Assembly: GCA_964653875.1 (NCBI GenBank) | Contig: CAZZGH010000002.1 | Location: 1-41,668, forward strand | Reading direction: 5' to 3' | Length of the DNA: 41,668 nucleotides | DNA from: an uncultured Candidatus Saccharibacteria bacterium | Lineage (GTDB): Bacteria > Patescibacteriota > Minisyncoccia > 2-02-FULL-40-12 > GWA2-44-9 | In this document: piece after piece, positions 40,670 to 41,668 of the stretch | Layout: every line of letters starts with the position of its first letter | How positions within the stretch are numbered: the stretch's first letter is position 1 | Made by a program: the position numbers and the translations under genes | Notes under the pieces: model-generated | The model's input: only the letters and a program-made list of their open reading frames with translations | What the model was told of the DNA's origin: nothing | Databases searched by the model: none

Positions 40670-41668
40670 TTATTGGAGCAGATTTTTTAATTCGGTTTGA
40701 TTAAGCGAATAGAATTCTGCTCTTTCCCAGCTTATTTCTTTTCTTCTGACTAAATCTGCCAATGATCTGTCTAAACTTATCATTCCAACATCTTGGCTGG
40801 TCTCTATTACCATATCCATTTGTCTGGGGCGGTTATCGCGAATTAAAGTTCTGATAGCCGGAGTAGCTATCATGACCTCCACTGCAGGAATAAGACCGCC
40901 TTTTATCCTCGGAATCAATCTTTGTGAAATTATGCCCGAGATGGTGTTAGCGAGCTGGTTTCTGATTTGTGATTCTTGACTGGATGGAAAACTATCTATT
41001 ATTCTTTCTACGGTTTGGGAAGCACTGTTGGTATGCAAAGAAGTTAAAACTAAGTGTCCCGTCTCCGCCGCGGTTACCACCGCACTCATGGTTTCATAAT
41101 CTCTCATTTCCCCGACCATAATGACGTTAGCGTTTTGTCGGAAAGTTGACCGCAGCGCTTTGTGAAAAGAAAATGTATCTTGATAAACCTCCCTTTGGTC
41201 TATGATGCTTTTGTTGGGAGAAAATATGTATTCTATCGGATCCTCGATAGTGACGATTTTTTCAGCCCGTTCCTTATTTATCATATCTATTATGGCGGCC
41301 AATGTCGTGGATTTCCCGTGGCCATTCGGTCCTACCACTAAAATGAAACCCTGGGACAGTTTTGAGAATATTTTGATTATTTGAGGCAGGTTAAGTTCGT
41401 CAATGGTTTTAACTTCATTCGGAATCAACCTCAAAGAGGCGGCTAGACCGCCTTTGGTCTGATAAGCATCTACCCTGAATCGGTTCTTCCCTTCCAGTTC
41501 ATATGAAAAGTCCAGTTCTTTTTCTGACAAGAACCTAGCCTCTCGGTCTTCTCCCAAAAGGGCGAAAACTAACCCGTCTAAAGTTTCTTTATCTAAAATT
41601 TCTTGTTGATTGAGCGTTATTAAACGGCCGTCTATTCTTAATGTCGGATAATGGCCGGGAGATAAATG
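40670..41668 (-). CDS. pilT: PilT-type retraction ATPase, 5'-truncated by the window edge
   Basis: Walker A GPNGHGKSTT, IVTIEDPIEY, IMVGEMRD and GHLVLTSLHT. The frame stays open to position 41668 (HLSPGHYPTLRIDGRL...). Confidence 0.85.
   Translation of the reverse strand, partial: HLSPGHYPTLRIDGRLITLNQQEILDKETLDGLVFALLGEDREARFLSEKELDFSYELEGKNRFRVDAYQTKGGLAASLRLIPNEVKTIDELNLPQIIKIFSKLSQGFILVVGPNGHGKSTTLAAIIDMINKERAEKIVTIEDPIEYIFSPNKSIIDQREVYQDTFSFHKALRSTFRQNANVIMVGEMRDYETMSAVVTAAETGHLVLTSLHTNSASQTVERIIDSFPSSQESQIRNQLANTISGIISQRLIPRIKGGLIPAVEVMIATPAIRTLIRDNRPRQMDMVIETSQDVGMISLDRSLADLVRRKEISWERAEFYSLNQTELKNLLQ

Overview
This 41.7-kb window is an origin-proximal chromosomal segment of a low-GC, tightly packed bacterial genome. 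All product calls come from motifs read by eye in the supplied translations; no searches were run.

The gene content suggests a monoderm-like, ultrasmall CPR/Patescibacteria-type organism (inference). Supporting points are a short YidC, type IV pilus genes without a secretin, a Gram-positive-style VirB4/PrgI/VirB6 set, and many apparently leaderless genes.

Housekeeping genes:
- pilB-like ATPase, ruvB, ruvC, tyrS and a class A PBP
- the origin block: DUF721, dnaN and dnaA on the minus strand, then rpmH (missed by the ORF track), rnpA, yidD, yidC and jag on the plus strand
- rsmA, pcrA/uvrD, cca, ligA and gatCA

Three accessory regions stand out:
1. **T4SS-like operon (12975-24670, minus strand).** It contains a PrgI/VirB3-like protein, a VirB4 ATPase split into two overlapping ORFs, and a VirB6-like polytopic protein with a long C-terminal extension. 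It also carries an anchored TolB-like propeller, a small membrane protein, two secreted proteins and an Lnt-like acyltransferase. No coupling protein, relaxase, integrase or hydrolase was recognised. This is the best candidate for an undescribed system.
2. **Toxin-antitoxin block inside that operon (17226-18540, antisense).** It holds MntA/HepT and HicB/HicA. It is bracketed by a 45-nt duplication of the prgI start whose 8 differences are all synonymous.
3. **tRNA-punctuated string (27703-31580).** Four CDSs each end 0-4 nt from, or overlap, the 5' end of a tRNA. Two diverged tRNA-Ala(CGC) genes flank a cyclic-phosphate-processing receiver-like gene. Two homing-endonuclease-like ORFs are also present.

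A type IV pilus cluster fills the right end: four minor pilins, pilD, pilA, pilC and a partial pilT.

Smaller sequence-level oddities:
- a palindromic element family with compensatory arm changes
- heptamer tandem arrays, one inside gatA
- an in-frame palindromic insert in rsmA
- a 25-bp perfect inverted repeat pair
- a 425-nt orphan structured non-coding region

No rRNA, CRISPR array, transposase or integrase was recognised.
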